Source: an uncultured Gammaproteobacteria bacterium
GTDB taxonomy: Bacteria; Cyanobacteriota; Vampirovibrionia; Gastranaerophilales; UBA9971
Assembly: GCA_964558005.1 (NCBI GenBank)
Contig: CAZLCO010000004.1
Span: 1-63,001 of the forward strand
Direction of reading: 5' to 3'
DNA length: 63,001 bases
The notes below the pieces were generated by a model that saw nothing but the letters and a program-made list of their open reading frames with translations, was not told where the DNA came from and searched no databases. The position numbers and the translations under genes were made by a program. Positions 20,989 to 30,471 of the stretch are shown piece after piece. Within the stretch, counting starts at the first letter, position 1; every line of letters begins with the position of its first letter.

Positions 20989-21660
20989 ATGAGAAAGGGC
21001 TTTGCTGACCTGATAATAATATTTATCATCGCACCTATATTGCTGACTGCGATAAAAATAGCCCTGCTCGGTTTTTTTACCCTACCCCCGGATAATCCCC
21101 CTGACCGCCCGCCTAAAAAACGGACGGAAGGCCGGGTATTTGAGCCGGAAGAGGTCAGGGGGGTGCTCACGGACAATCTTTTATACGAAATATATGAAGG
21201 AGATAAAAATCCAACACTGAACGATAAAGTGGGCATGATAGAAAGTCAGGTAGAAAAGTTTAACTTGCTGTTTTATGAAGGAAGAAAACCCACCTATGAG
21301 GATACAGCGCGGGTAATTAAAGCTTATGAAAAAAATCTGCCGGAGCTTATTGCCTCGCCTGTGTTTAACCCGGTTAAAACAAAGGCAAACCTTAATAGGC
21401 TATTGCGGGAACTTAACTACGCAGCAACACAGGAACAGTGCCTTGAGGCCTTTAACGAGCTAAAAAGAACAGTAGAGGAACTCATAAAAGTAATTGACAT
21501 GGAGGCGATTAAGAAGAAACAGATAGAGCTTGGAAAAAAGATTAAGGAAGAGGTAAGGCTGGTTGAAAAAGAAAATAAAGACCAACAAGAAAGCATAAAG
21601 GCCTTTATAAACATTTTATATGAGTGGATTGACTTCCTGACGGGTAAAAACAATAAATAA
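20989..21660 (+). CDS. Hypothetical protein with N-terminal TM and coiled coil
   Basis: 223-aa ORF with hydrophobic N-terminus. Confidence 0.65.
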   Translation: MRKGFADLIIIFIIAPILLTAIKIALLGFFTLPPDNPPDRPPKKRTEGRVFEPEEVRGVLTDNLLYEIYEGDKNPTLNDKVGMIESQVEKFNLLFYEGRKPTYEDTARVIKAYEKNLPELIASPVFNPVKTKANLNRLLRELNYAATQEQCLEAFNELKRTVEELIKVIDMEAIKKKQIELGKKIKEEVRLVEKENKDQQESIKAFINILYEWIDFLTGKNNK

Positions 21661-21761
21661 AATATATGGTTTAATCATAAAGATTAATTCTTGTTTGTGG
21701 TATTTTATTATTGTAAATTAATAGTTAATGTAACAGTGTCAACCCGAAAGGTAAAATAGAT

Positions 21762-22865
21762 ATGGTAAAAAAAGTCATTACAGAAGACACAAAGCTATTC
21801 ATGACCGGGAATGAGGTCATAGCTTATGCAGCAGTGGCAGCCGGAGCAGAGTTTATGTACGGCTACCCGATTACACCACAAAACGAAATTATGCACACCT
21901 GGTGTAAACTCTTACCCAAAACAGAAGCCGGCTTTCTTCAGACAGAAGATGAAATATCAGCCGGTTTTTCTACGCTTGGCGGAATTTTAGCGGGCAAAAA
22001 AGCCTTCACAGCTACAGCAGGTCCGGGCAACGTGATTATGCAGGATGCCATGTCAATGGCTGAAATGATGAGAATCCCGTTTGTGTGTATGGTTATGCAA
22101 AGAGGCGGGCCAAGTACCGCTACAGTTATTTATGCTCAGCAGGAAACTACTCTTACATGCTTTGGCGGCAACGGCGAAGGCTACAGAATAGTTTATTCTA
22201 CAGCCGGCCATCAGGACTTATACGACTACACAATAAAAGCATTTAATACGGCATGGAAACACAAATTTCCTACGTTTGTATTAGCTGATGGCTACCAGGG
22301 CAAGATGAGAGAGCCTTTAACAGCATATGACCCTGAATCCAGAGGAATTAAAATGATACCGGCAACTCCTACTCTTAGAGGCCCCGGCACAGCAGGAATT
22401 GATAGAGAAGCAGTGCATATAAGAAACACTTTCAATATGGAAGAAGAATTAATGGAAGTGCTTGATTCTTATGAAGAAGAATTTAACAGAATCGCCCCTG
22501 AACTCGAAGAATACGCTGAATACAAGTCAGAAGATGCTGACATCTTAATAATCGCTCACGGTATTGTGGCAAGAAGCGCAAAAACAGCTATAGACGAGCT
22601 GAGAGCAAAAGGCATTAAAGCCGGTCTGTTCAGGCCGATTACTTTAAGACCTATGCCAACCGAGCCTATGAGAAAAGCTGTAGCAAGGGCTAAAAAGGTG
22701 CTTTTTACCGAATCAGCAAACGGCCAGATGGCAAGAATGGCGCTTGAAAAACTTTACGGTTTAACCACACCGTACGAAACACTATTCAAAATGGGCGTCG
22801 GCGTAACAGGCGGCGACATTGTCAAAAAGGTAGAACAAATGAACGGCGCTGTGGCTTGTCGCTAA
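21762..22865 (+). CDS. 2-oxoacid:ferredoxin oxidoreductase alpha subunit
   Basis: MTGNE, GYPITPQNE, EDEISA, ATAGPG, QRGGPST. Confidence 0.95.
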   Translation: MVKKVITEDTKLFMTGNEVIAYAAVAAGAEFMYGYPITPQNEIMHTWCKLLPKTEAGFLQTEDEISAGFSTLGGILAGKKAFTATAGPGNVIMQDAMSMAEMMRIPFVCMVMQRGGPSTATVIYAQQETTLTCFGGNGEGYRIVYSTAGHQDLYDYTIKAFNTAWKHKFPTFVLADGYQGKMREPLTAYDPESRGIKMIPATPTLRGPGTAGIDREAVHIRNTFNMEEELMEVLDSYEEEFNRIAPELEEYAEYKSEDADILIIAHGIVARSAKTAIDELRAKGIKAGLFRPITLRPMPTEPMRKAVARAKKVLFTESANGQMARMALEKLYGLTTPYETLFKMGVGVTGGDIVKKVEQMNGAVACR

Positions 22866-22893
22866 AAATTAAAATAAAAAAGGAGAAATTAAT

Positions 22894-23661
22894 ATGGCTC
22901 AATTATTAAATATAGAACCAAAACTGCCGCAGGCGCAAAATAAAGAACCCGGAGCAAGTAAATTCTGCCCGGGATGTGGCCACGGTATGATACTTAAAAC
23001 ATTGGCATTCGCCATTGATGACCTGAACCTCCATGAAAGGACCATTTTCGGTGTTGACATCGGATGCTGCCTGCTCGCATGGAATTATATGAGTCTTGAT
23101 ACTGTTCAGTGCCACCACGGCCGTACAACACCGGTTATCTATGGCGTAACAAGAGCAAGACCCGATACAGTCGGCATCGCATACATGGGCGACGGCGGCG
23201 GACTCGCAATCGGTGCGCAGCATCTTGTTAATGCAGCTGTAAGAAACGAAAAAATGCTTGTTGTGCTTGTAAACAACACAAACTATGGCATGACCGGTGG
23301 CCAAATGGCTCCTACTACAATGCCCGGCCAGATAACAGAAACAACTCCATACGGCAGGGATATTGAAGTAACCGGAAAGCCCGCAAAAGGCGCTGAAATG
23401 GTAACAGCTATAGCTGACCCGGAAAGAGCTTTTGTGGAAAGAGCAAGTGTTACAAATCTCCGCAAATTAAGGACAACTTTTAAAAAAGCCCTTACTAACG
23501 TAGCGGAAGGCCGCGGTTTCTCATTTGTGGAAGTTCTTTCCGTATGTCCTCTTAACTGGAGAACAAACAACGTTAAAACATGGGAAAGAATTGAGGAGAT
23601 GGAAGCTTATTTTGAAGTTAAAAATTTCATGTCACCTCAGGAATTGGAAGGAGTTAAGTAA
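22894..23661 (+). CDS. 2-oxoacid:ferredoxin oxidoreductase beta (TPP-binding) subunit
   Basis: FCPGCGHG, DIGCC, GDG..NN..YGMTGGQMAPTT. Confidence 0.95.
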   Translation: MAQLLNIEPKLPQAQNKEPGASKFCPGCGHGMILKTLAFAIDDLNLHERTIFGVDIGCCLLAWNYMSLDTVQCHHGRTTPVIYGVTRARPDTVGIAYMGDGGGLAIGAQHLVNAAVRNEKMLVVLVNNTNYGMTGGQMAPTTMPGQITETTPYGRDIEVTGKPAKGAEMVTAIADPERAFVERASVTNLRKLRTTFKKALTNVAEGRGFSFVEVLSVCPLNWRTNNVKTWERIEEMEAYFEVKNFMSPQELEGVK

Positions 23662-24224
23662 TGGCAAGAACAAAAATAGTTTTAGCGGGCGAAGGCGGAC
23701 ACGGTGTCCAGAGTATAGCTAAAATCCTCGTGGAAGCCGGCTATGCGGCTGATAAAAAAGTACTTTATATTCCCAACTTCGGCGTTGAGCAAAGGGGCGG
23801 TGTAAGTATCGCTTTTTGCCAGATAGCTGATGAAGAAATCGGTGAACCCAGGTTTTCAAAGGGTGATATCGTAATAATGCTTTCAGACAGGGCCATTGAC
23901 CGTTGCGAAACTTACGTTGACGAAAACACCGTAGTAGTTTATGACTCATCAATTTGCGAAACAAAACCGCAGATGAAAGCAAAAGATATTATCGGAATAC
24001 CCGCAAACCAGATAGCCAACGACGAGATGAGCGCAAGGGTATTTAACATCATTATCCTCGGAACCGTCTTAAGATCTACCGGGGTTGTTGACCCGAAATA
24101 TATCAAGGATGCGATGGAAAAAGCTCTGGGCAAGAAATTCGATGCAAAACCGGAATTAAGGGAAATGAACCACAAAGCCCTTGAAAGAGGTATGTCGCTA
24201 ATAGAAGAAAAAGCCTCAGTGTAA
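23661..24224 (+). CDS. 2-oxoacid:ferredoxin oxidoreductase gamma subunit
   Basis: AGEGGHGV, FGVEQRGG. Confidence 0.95.
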   Translation: MARTKIVLAGEGGHGVQSIAKILVEAGYAADKKVLYIPNFGVEQRGGVSIAFCQIADEEIGEPRFSKGDIVIMLSDRAIDRCETYVDENTVVVYDSSICETKPQMKAKDIIGIPANQIANDEMSARVFNIIILGTVLRSTGVVDPKYIKDAMEKALGKKFDAKPELREMNHKALERGMSLIEEKASV

Positions 24225-24231
24225 TATTGAA

Positions 24232-24289
24232 TGTCATTTCGGGCTTGACCCGGAATCTCATGAGACCCTGAATCAAGTTCAGGGTGACA
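24232..24289. repeat. 58-bp TGTCA...TGACA palindromic intergenic repeat, copy 2
   Basis: TGTCATTTCGGGCTTGACCCGGAATCTC...CCCTGAATCAAGTTCAGGGTGACA. Confidence 0.8.
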
Positions 24290-24308
24290 AAGGAAAAAGG
24301 AGAAAACA

Positions 24309-24578
24309 ATGACAGTAAAAAATAAAGGTATAAAAGTAGAAAACTGCGGCAAAGGCAGGGCTAATTGGTACCTGTTCACGGAACTTTGCAAAGGCTGCGG
24401 TCTGTGCCTCACTAAATGCCCTATAAATAAAAAAGGCGAAAAATGCCTCGACTGGTCAAAAGACGTAGGATTGTACTCTACTCCTGCTGTACAGCCTGAC
24501 CCGGAAAAGTGCATTGCCTGCGGCACATGTGAGCTTCTTTGCCCTGACAGCGCAATCAGAATAGAAAAAAACAAGTAA
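24309..24578 (+). CDS. 2-oxoacid:ferredoxin oxidoreductase delta subunit (2x4Fe-4S)
   Basis: CKGCGLCLTKCP and CIACGTCELLCP. Confidence 0.93.
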   Translation: MTVKNKGIKVENCGKGRANWYLFTELCKGCGLCLTKCPINKKGEKCLDWSKDVGLYSTPAVQPDPEKCIACGTCELLCPDSAIRIEKNK

Positions 24579-24664
24579 AACTATAACTAATAAAAATAAA
24601 AAGCAAGACCCCACAAGGGTCTTACTTTTTTGTGTAAACAAATGTAACAGTATATACTTTTTAT

Positions 24665-24695
24665 GCAATTCGTAGATATTTTATTTTTTTATATA
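24665..24695 (+). promoter_or_regulatory. Third GCAATT-N19-TATATA motif
   Basis: Same hexamers and 19-nt spacing as at 19240 and 20051; T-rich spacer; AGGT downstream. Confidence 0.45.
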
Positions 24696-24753
24696 ATCGT
24701 AAGGTGAAACAAAAACTTGTAAGTGTAGTAAGGTAAGATAAAGGAGAACAACT

Positions 24754-25170
24754 ATGGGTTTCGCAGATGCTGTAACAACAAGATTATTCCTCAACAGAAG
24801 AAGAAGTGACATTGAATTCAAAATGCAAGCAATTATGCAAAGAAAACTTGCTATAATGGATGAGTGCAACAGAATTTCAGAAATTTTAGCTAACACAATT
24901 TTCCAGGGCGACAACACAGGCGCAATTAGCCCGATCGCACCATTACCAGGATTGACCCCGGTAAACCCACTGGTACCATTACCACCAGCACAGGATGTCC
25001 CAACCGGATATTACGAAACACAATTAGCACAACTTCAAGGCGTAGAAAAAGAACTCGACACAAGGCAAAAGAAACTTGAAACAGAACTTGAAGCTGTAAA
25101 AGCTGAAGAAGAATCAATGAAGAAAATAGCTGACGATCACGCTAAGAAAGACTTTAAAGTTGGTGGCTAA
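24754..25170 (+). CDS. Hypothetical coiled-coil protein (lineage-expanded family type)
   Basis: MGFADAVTTRLFLNRRRSDIEFK...EKELDTRQKKLETELEAVKAEEES; AGGAG RBS; followed by a terminator. Confidence 0.8.
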   Translation: MGFADAVTTRLFLNRRRSDIEFKMQAIMQRKLAIMDECNRISEILANTIFQGDNTGAISPIAPLPGLTPVNPLVPLPPAQDVPTGYYETQLAQLQGVEKELDTRQKKLETELEAVKAEEESMKKIADDHAKKDFKVGG

Positions 25171-25481
25171 TAACTAACTAAAGTTTAATCCAAAATCCCC
25201 TCCTCCCGGAGGGGGTTTTGGTGTTTGGGGTTTTGTATATTCTTTTTGCCTTCGGAAAGGAATATTAGAGCCCGTCTAGTTAAAAATTGAGAAAACTAGT
25301 TATACAATAGGTTAAGGGCTCGTTTTTGGACTGCGGTTAAAGCCTGTAAAGGTCAGGCTTTGCCTGCCTTTCAGGTTTTAACAAGACAGCTTCTTAAAAT
25401 GCAATCAAAGCATAACCTTGTCGCAGTAGTCGATAATCTTCATATCTTCATATTAACTTTGACGTAAAAATAATTTTTGTT

Positions 25482-25516
25482 GGGGTGAGCCGCCCGCACA
25501 GCGGGCGGCTCACCCC
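25482..25516. repeat. GC-rich perfect palindrome (REP-like)
   Basis: GGGGTGAGCCGCCCGC-ACA-GCGGGCGGCTCACCCC, 16-bp arms. Confidence 0.7.
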
Positions 25517-25614
25517 TTATAAACAACGAAAGCATTTTAGTATAAGTGGAGATTTTAAATAAAAGATTAAATTTTTTGCTATCATATTTATATTCAAACC
25601 TGCAGGCAAATACA

Positions 25615-27384
25615 ATGAAAAAAAAGAAACTAATCTGGCAGTTATTTCCTTCGTATTTAATAATTATCCTTATAGCCCTTTTATTCATTACCTGGTATTC
25701 CACAAATTCCTTAAAACGCTTTTATCAGCATCAGACTATCCTGGACCTGAAGACAAAGGCCTATTTGCTGGAAAACCAGCTAGAACAGTATTTTTCTTCA
25801 TCAAATATTAACGCCATAGACAAACTTTGCAAAAAATTGGCAACCGATATTTCAATGAGAATTACTGTTATTTTGCAGTCAGGCAGGGTTATAGGCGACT
25901 CGGAACAAGCGCCCGAGTCAATGAATAATCACAAAGACCGCCCGGAAATAATTGCCGCTTTTTCAGGAACACCGGGCAGCTCTATCAGGTTCAGCAATAC
26001 ACTTAAAAAAGAAATGGTTTATGTTGCCGTACCTGTATTTATTAATGACGAACTTTCTTTTTTTATAAGGACTTCAATGCCCCTTATGTTCCTGCAAAAG
26101 TCATTAAAAGAGGTTTATCTGGAAATTATTTTCGCCGGATTAATAATAGCGACAATTACCGGTCTGTTGTGTTATCACGTGTCAAAAGGAATTAGCCAGC
26201 CCCTTGAACAGCTCGAAAAAGGGGCAAAATTATTTGCCGGAGGAGATTTAAAAAGCAGGCTCCCTGTATTTAAAACAAAGGAAATTGAAAATCTGGCGCA
26301 AACAATGAACACGATGGCCGGCCAACTTGATGAAAGGATACAGGAAATAACCCGCCAGAACAAAGAGCAAAAAGTCATACTCTCAAACATGAAAGAGGGC
26401 ATTATCGCAGTCGACAATGAAGAAAAACTTATCAAAATAAACAAAAGTGCGGCGGAAATGTTCGGCATCGAAATTGAAGGAGCAAAAGGAAAAGCTATTT
26501 CCGAGCTGTTTAATAACGAAGATTTTGAACATTTTGTTCGGGAAGCGTCAATGAATAACCAGACTCTGGAAGATAGTATTGTCCTGCAAAAAGAACGGGA
26601 AGAGTTCATACAAATATATAGCTCTCCTATTTATAATGAAGGAAATTTAAGGATAGGCACTTTAATAGTGTTAAATGACATAACAAAAATCAAAAAACTT
26701 GAAAACATAAGGCGGGATTTTGTGGCCAATGTTTCCCACGAACTGAGGACTCCTATTACATCAATCAAGGGATTTGTCGAAACCCTTCTCGACAGCGATT
26801 TAAACGACCCGGAAGAAGTAAAATCATTCCTGCAAATAATAATAAAACATGTCAATCGTTTAAACGCTATCATTGAGGACTTATTAAGTATATCAAGGCT
26901 TGAACAGGGTTCTGTAAAAAGTTCCCTACTCCTTGAAGACGTTTCATTAAAAAATATTTTAAATTCTGCTTTACAAACAATCGAATCGAAAGGAAATTCC
27001 AAAAACATAGAAATAAAACTAAACTGTCCTGATGATATAGAAGTAAACGCCAATCCTTTACTATTAGAGCAGGCTGTGATTAATTTAATTGATAATGCGA
27101 TTAATTACAGCAATGAACATAGTCTTGTTGAGGTCGAAGGGGAAAAAGCTTATGGCGGGGTAATAATAAAAGTGCGTGATCAGGGCTGCGGAATAGAAAA
27201 AGAACACCTTTCCCGAATTTTTGAAAGGTTTTACCGTGTGGATAAGGCAAGGAGCAGAAAACTCGGCGGCACAGGTCTAGGGCTTGCAATAGTAAAACAT
27301 ATAGCAAACACCCATGGCGGGCAGGTGCGGGTAGAAAGTGAATCAGGAAAAGGCAGTACGTTTTATATACAAATACCCGGATAA
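25615..27384 (+). CDS. PhoR-like HAMP/PAS sensor histidine kinase
   Basis: Two TMs, HAMP, PAS, FVANVSHELRTPITSI, NLIDNAINYS, DQGCGI, RFYRVDKARSR..GGTGLGL; ATG 25615 preferred. Confidence 0.93.
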   Translation: MKKKKLIWQLFPSYLIIILIALLFITWYSTNSLKRFYQHQTILDLKTKAYLLENQLEQYFSSSNINAIDKLCKKLATDISMRITVILQSGRVIGDSEQAPESMNNHKDRPEIIAAFSGTPGSSIRFSNTLKKEMVYVAVPVFINDELSFFIRTSMPLMFLQKSLKEVYLEIIFAGLIIATITGLLCYHVSKGISQPLEQLEKGAKLFAGGDLKSRLPVFKTKEIENLAQTMNTMAGQLDERIQEITRQNKEQKVILSNMKEGIIAVDNEEKLIKINKSAAEMFGIEIEGAKGKAISELFNNEDFEHFVREASMNNQTLEDSIVLQKEREEFIQIYSSPIYNEGNLRIGTLIVLNDITKIKKLENIRRDFVANVSHELRTPITSIKGFVETLLDSDLNDPEEVKSFLQIIIKHVNRLNAIIEDLLSISRLEQGSVKSSLLLEDVSLKNILNSALQTIESKGNSKNIEIKLNCPDDIEVNANPLLLEQAVINLIDNAINYSNEHSLVEVEGEKAYGGVIIKVRDQGCGIEKEHLSRIFERFYRVDKARSRKLGGTGLGLAIVKHIANTHGGQVRVESESGKGSTFYIQIPG

Positions 27385-27735
27385 TTATTCCTGACCCTTT
27401 TTAGGCAAATACTTCATCCAGTCAGCCTCAAGAGCGCTGAAAAAATTATGTGCTTCAGCCACGTCTTCATATGTTATCGGGTCATTACAAAAACCTGGCT
27501 CATTAATTGTTTCTTCTTCTGAGTGGAAATCAAGGCTATTTTTATGTTCATTTTTATCAAGGCCTAAAATCGCCAGCCCCATATTTTTCCCGCATAGGGA
27601 GCAGGTTATTCTTACTACAATATTATTTTCCTCTATCCTGACAGGTTGGACTGAGTCCCCGGGGAAATAATTATTGCACTGGGAGCATTTTAAGTTTTCA
27701 AAAAATTTTTTGATTAATTCAAAATTTCTTTCCAT
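27385..27735 (-). CDS. Hypothetical Zn-ribbon protein
   Basis: CSQC...CSLC. Confidence 0.7.
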   Translation of the reverse strand: MERNFELIKKFFENLKCSQCNNYFPGDSVQPVRIEENNIVVRITCSLCGKNMGLAILGLDKNEHKNSLDFHSEEETINEPGFCNDPITYEDVAEAHNFFSALEADWMKYLPKKGQE

Positions 27736-28239
27736 AATTAATGCCGGAATTATATTTTATGTGCACTTAGTATAATTATTTCACCTATTTTTAAATTTGA
27801 AAAATTTTAATCAAAACTAATACAAAATTTTGGTAGTGAACGAAATTCGACTGATTTTATAAGTTCAACAAAAATAAATAAAATAACTTATCAGTTAAAA
27901 TATTATTCCTGCCAAAAATTTTTATTTAAATAGTTCTTAAGATTAATACACAAATTTTATTTTTTATGTATGATTATTAAGTTAACCTCTGTTGTTCTGA
28001 ACTTTTATTGGATGGAGTTATTTAATAGTTGATTTATCTGGAAAATTATATTTATTTATAAAAATTTTGAAATGTTTGTTAATATTTTATTGAATAAAAT
28101 AAATTTCTATACTATATATAAGAAAGTATTTTAATTAATCAAAATCTGCCTCATGATCTCTTCTTCCCCGTTGAAACAAACGGGGCTTTTTATTCCGCAA
28201 AATAGACAGCCGCACTTATTAATGCCTGCGAAGCGGGAA

Positions 28240-28272
28240 CGTTAAAAAAGGAGCAAAGCTCCTTTTTTAACG
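28240..28272. terminator. Bidirectional terminator downstream of queD
   Basis: 15-bp perfect IR CGTTAAAAAAGGAGC/GCTCCTTTTTTAACG. Confidence 0.8.
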
Positions 28273-28293
28273 GCTTATTTTATTTATATTTTC

Positions 28294-28788
28294 TTACTTA
28301 AACTCTTTTGATGCTGCATTCATGGAAGATGAGCGAAAAGTAATTTTTTTGATAGGCATTTTGTCTTTAAGAAGCTCATAAAAAAGTTCACAAAGATTTT
28401 CACAAGTAGAAACTTTTTTAGTTACGACTATTCTGTATTCAGGATATGACCAGGCAAGTGCATGATTTATTTTTTTAAGGGGAACACAATTTTCCGGGTC
28501 GTTATTAATGCCTTCTTTTTTGTATATAGCAATAACCGCATCAAGGAGAGGGTCACCTTCTTGAAACAATGTCGCATGGTGGAAATGGTCACAAACTTCC
28601 CACGCTTTTTTGAATCCGTCTTTACAGGAGTGCGCAAACCCAGTTACCGGGTCTACGGTGTCTTCAAGCTCAATCGTTAAAAAGCCTGAGTGCCCGTGAA
28701 GGTGCTTTGCTTCTCTCGGCCAGTCCATAAACCTATGTGCGTATTGAAAATCAAGGTTTACTATTGATGTGTATTTATTGTTTGACAT
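28294..28788 (-). CDS. queD: 6-carboxy-5,6,7,8-tetrahydropterin synthase
   Basis: FQYAHR..HLHGHSG, DHFHH, STCENL. Confidence 0.85.
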   Translation of the reverse strand: MSNNKYTSIVNLDFQYAHRFMDWPREAKHLHGHSGFLTIELEDTVDPVTGFAHSCKDGFKKAWEVCDHFHHATLFQEGDPLLDAVIAIYKKEGINNDPENCVPLKKINHALAWSYPEYRIVVTKKVSTCENLCELFYELLKDKMPIKKITFRSSSMNAASKEFK

Positions 28789-28917
28789 GATAATTTCCTC
28801 CTTTTAATTTTACTTATAGAAATCAGTATAACTTTTTTTATTATGTTATGCGGGAATATTTAGTTTTTGACCAGTTCATTAGCTTTTCTTTTATAGTAAC
28901 AGAAGTCAAATCAGATA

Positions 28918-28970
28918 AGGTGGGATGGTAATCCCACCTAGTCAAGCCTTGTAGGGTGCATTTATGCACC
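28918..28970. repeat. Pair of REP-like hairpins
   Basis: AGGTGGGAT-GGTA-ATCCCACCT(AG) and GTAG-GGTGCA-TTTA-TGCACC. Confidence 0.6.
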
Positions 28971-29051
28971 ATAATCGCCGCTGGTGCGCGGTGTGAATAG
29001 TTTGATGGATTATTTGGGGCTAAAGCCCTCGCAAAATCAGCATCTTCCCAC

Positions 29052-29080
29052 TTGACACTAATGTATAAATATAATATACT
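29052..29080 (+). promoter_or_regulatory. Near-consensus sigma70 promoter facing the argF 3' end
   Basis: TTGACA-N17-TATACT. Confidence 0.6.
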
Positions 29081-29178
29081 ATATGTATTAAAATAAATTT
29101 TAAAAAAATAAGAGTGTTAGTTTTGAAAAAGATTTAAAAATAAAAATTATTAAAAAATTTTTTTTAAAAAATTTGAAA

Positions 29179-30075
29179 TTACATTATTGATGCCATGACC
29201 GCTTTTTGCGCATGCACCCTGTTTTCTGCTTGTTCAAATATAGTACTGGCGTGCTTTTCCAGGATTTCCTCGGAAATCTCCTCGCCCCGGTGCGCCGGCA
29301 GGCAGTGCAGTACAATGGCATTATCTGCCGCATGCCCCATGAGCTGGGCGTTTACCTGGTATTGGGCGAATATTGTTCTTCTCTCTGTGGCTTCTTCTTC
29401 CTGCCCCATACTCGCCCAAACGTCAGTATAAACTATGTTTGCGTCTTTTGCCGCTTCATGTGGGCTATCCGTTATAACAGCCTCGGGTGTTATGAATTTC
29501 TCATCCGGTTCATACCCTCCCGGGCAGGCGATTGCTACGTCTATACCCATTATGGAGCAGCCTGCCAGAAGGCTGTTGGCCATATTGTTGCCGTCGCCTA
29601 CGTATGCCAGCTTTAGCCCGTCAAAGGTTTTGAACTTTTCCTTAATCGTTAATAGGTCTGCCAGCACCTGACATGGGTGGCAAAGGTCGGTCAGGGCGTT
29701 GATTACAGGCACATCGGAATATTTGGCCAGTTCCACCACGTCATTATGGTCAAACGTCCTTATCATTATGCCGTCTGCGTATCTGGCCAGTACTCTTGCG
29801 GTGTCGGAAATAGTTTCCCTCTGTCCGAGGATAATCTCGTCCTGCTTTAATACTACTGCATTCCCGCCCAGTTGTTTGATACCCACCTCAAAGCTCACCC
29901 GTGTGCGTAGGCTTGGCTTGGCGAATATCATTGCCAGTGTCTTATTTTTGAGGGAGTGATGGGTTTGACAGGATTTATTATCGGCTTTTAGCTTTATTGC
30001 AAGGTCTATAAGGTATGATAATGTCCGTTTATCAAAGTCCAGCAGTGTTAGAAAGTCTTTCCCTTTAAGGTCCAT
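29179..30075 (-). CDS. argF: Ornithine carbamoyltransferase
   Basis: FAKPSLRTR, HPCQ, GDGNNM, HCLPAHRG, EQAENR. Confidence 0.97.
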   Translation of the reverse strand: MDLKGKDFLTLLDFDKRTLSYLIDLAIKLKADNKSCQTHHSLKNKTLAMIFAKPSLRTRVSFEVGIKQLGGNAVVLKQDEIILGQRETISDTARVLARYADGIMIRTFDHNDVVELAKYSDVPVINALTDLCHPCQVLADLLTIKEKFKTFDGLKLAYVGDGNNMANSLLAGCSIMGIDVAIACPGGYEPDEKFITPEAVITDSPHEAAKDANIVYTDVWASMGQEEEATERRTIFAQYQVNAQLMGHAADNAIVLHCLPAHRGEEISEEILEKHASTIFEQAENRVHAQKAVMASIM

Positions 30076-30172
30076 GGTTCTTCTCCATTTTTGTTAATTA
30101 TAACTGGAAAACCGGCTGATGATAAATTTTATTATTACCCTTAAATTTTAATAAAAGGGGAGGGACTTATTT

Positions 30173-30445
30173 ATGAATATTGACGAGTTTATTGACCTGA
30201 TAAAAGAAAACTCTGCCAAAAACCAGCCAACCGAATTCATGAAAATAGAATTTTCCATAGACGACCCCAGAAAGGATAAACCCGCCGGTCTTGAAGTTAG
30301 CGAAACATTCTCTGTCAAGTATGATAAGGTTTTTGATACTTTTTTGGTGAACTATCCCGATGAAGACAGGGATGTAGTGCTGTCATCCGATGACATAGAT
30401 GAAATATTTTACGCCCAGCGCTGGGGGACTTGCGTGCATAAATAA
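30173..30445 (+). CDS. Hypothetical acidic protein
   Basis: GGAGG RBS; 90-aa ORF. Confidence 0.65.
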   Translation: MNIDEFIDLIKENSAKNQPTEFMKIEFSIDDPRKDKPAGLEVSETFSVKYDKVFDTFLVNYPDEDRDVVLSSDDIDEIFYAQRWGTCVHK

Positions 30446-30471
30446 TATGCTTGTGTCACAATAATATTGTT

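Noticed and set aside
24644-24657. NtcA-like GTA-N8-TAC site
   Set aside because: A single short match is expected by chance in AT-rich DNA, and there is no nitrogen-related gene downstream.
25615-27384. Orphan histidine kinase as a novelty
   Set aside because: Unpaired kinases are common; the architecture is ordinary PhoR-type.
28789-28920. preQ1 riboswitch upstream of queD
   Set aside because: The minus strand has A-rich ..CTAA tails but no P1 stem or conserved loop in front of them.
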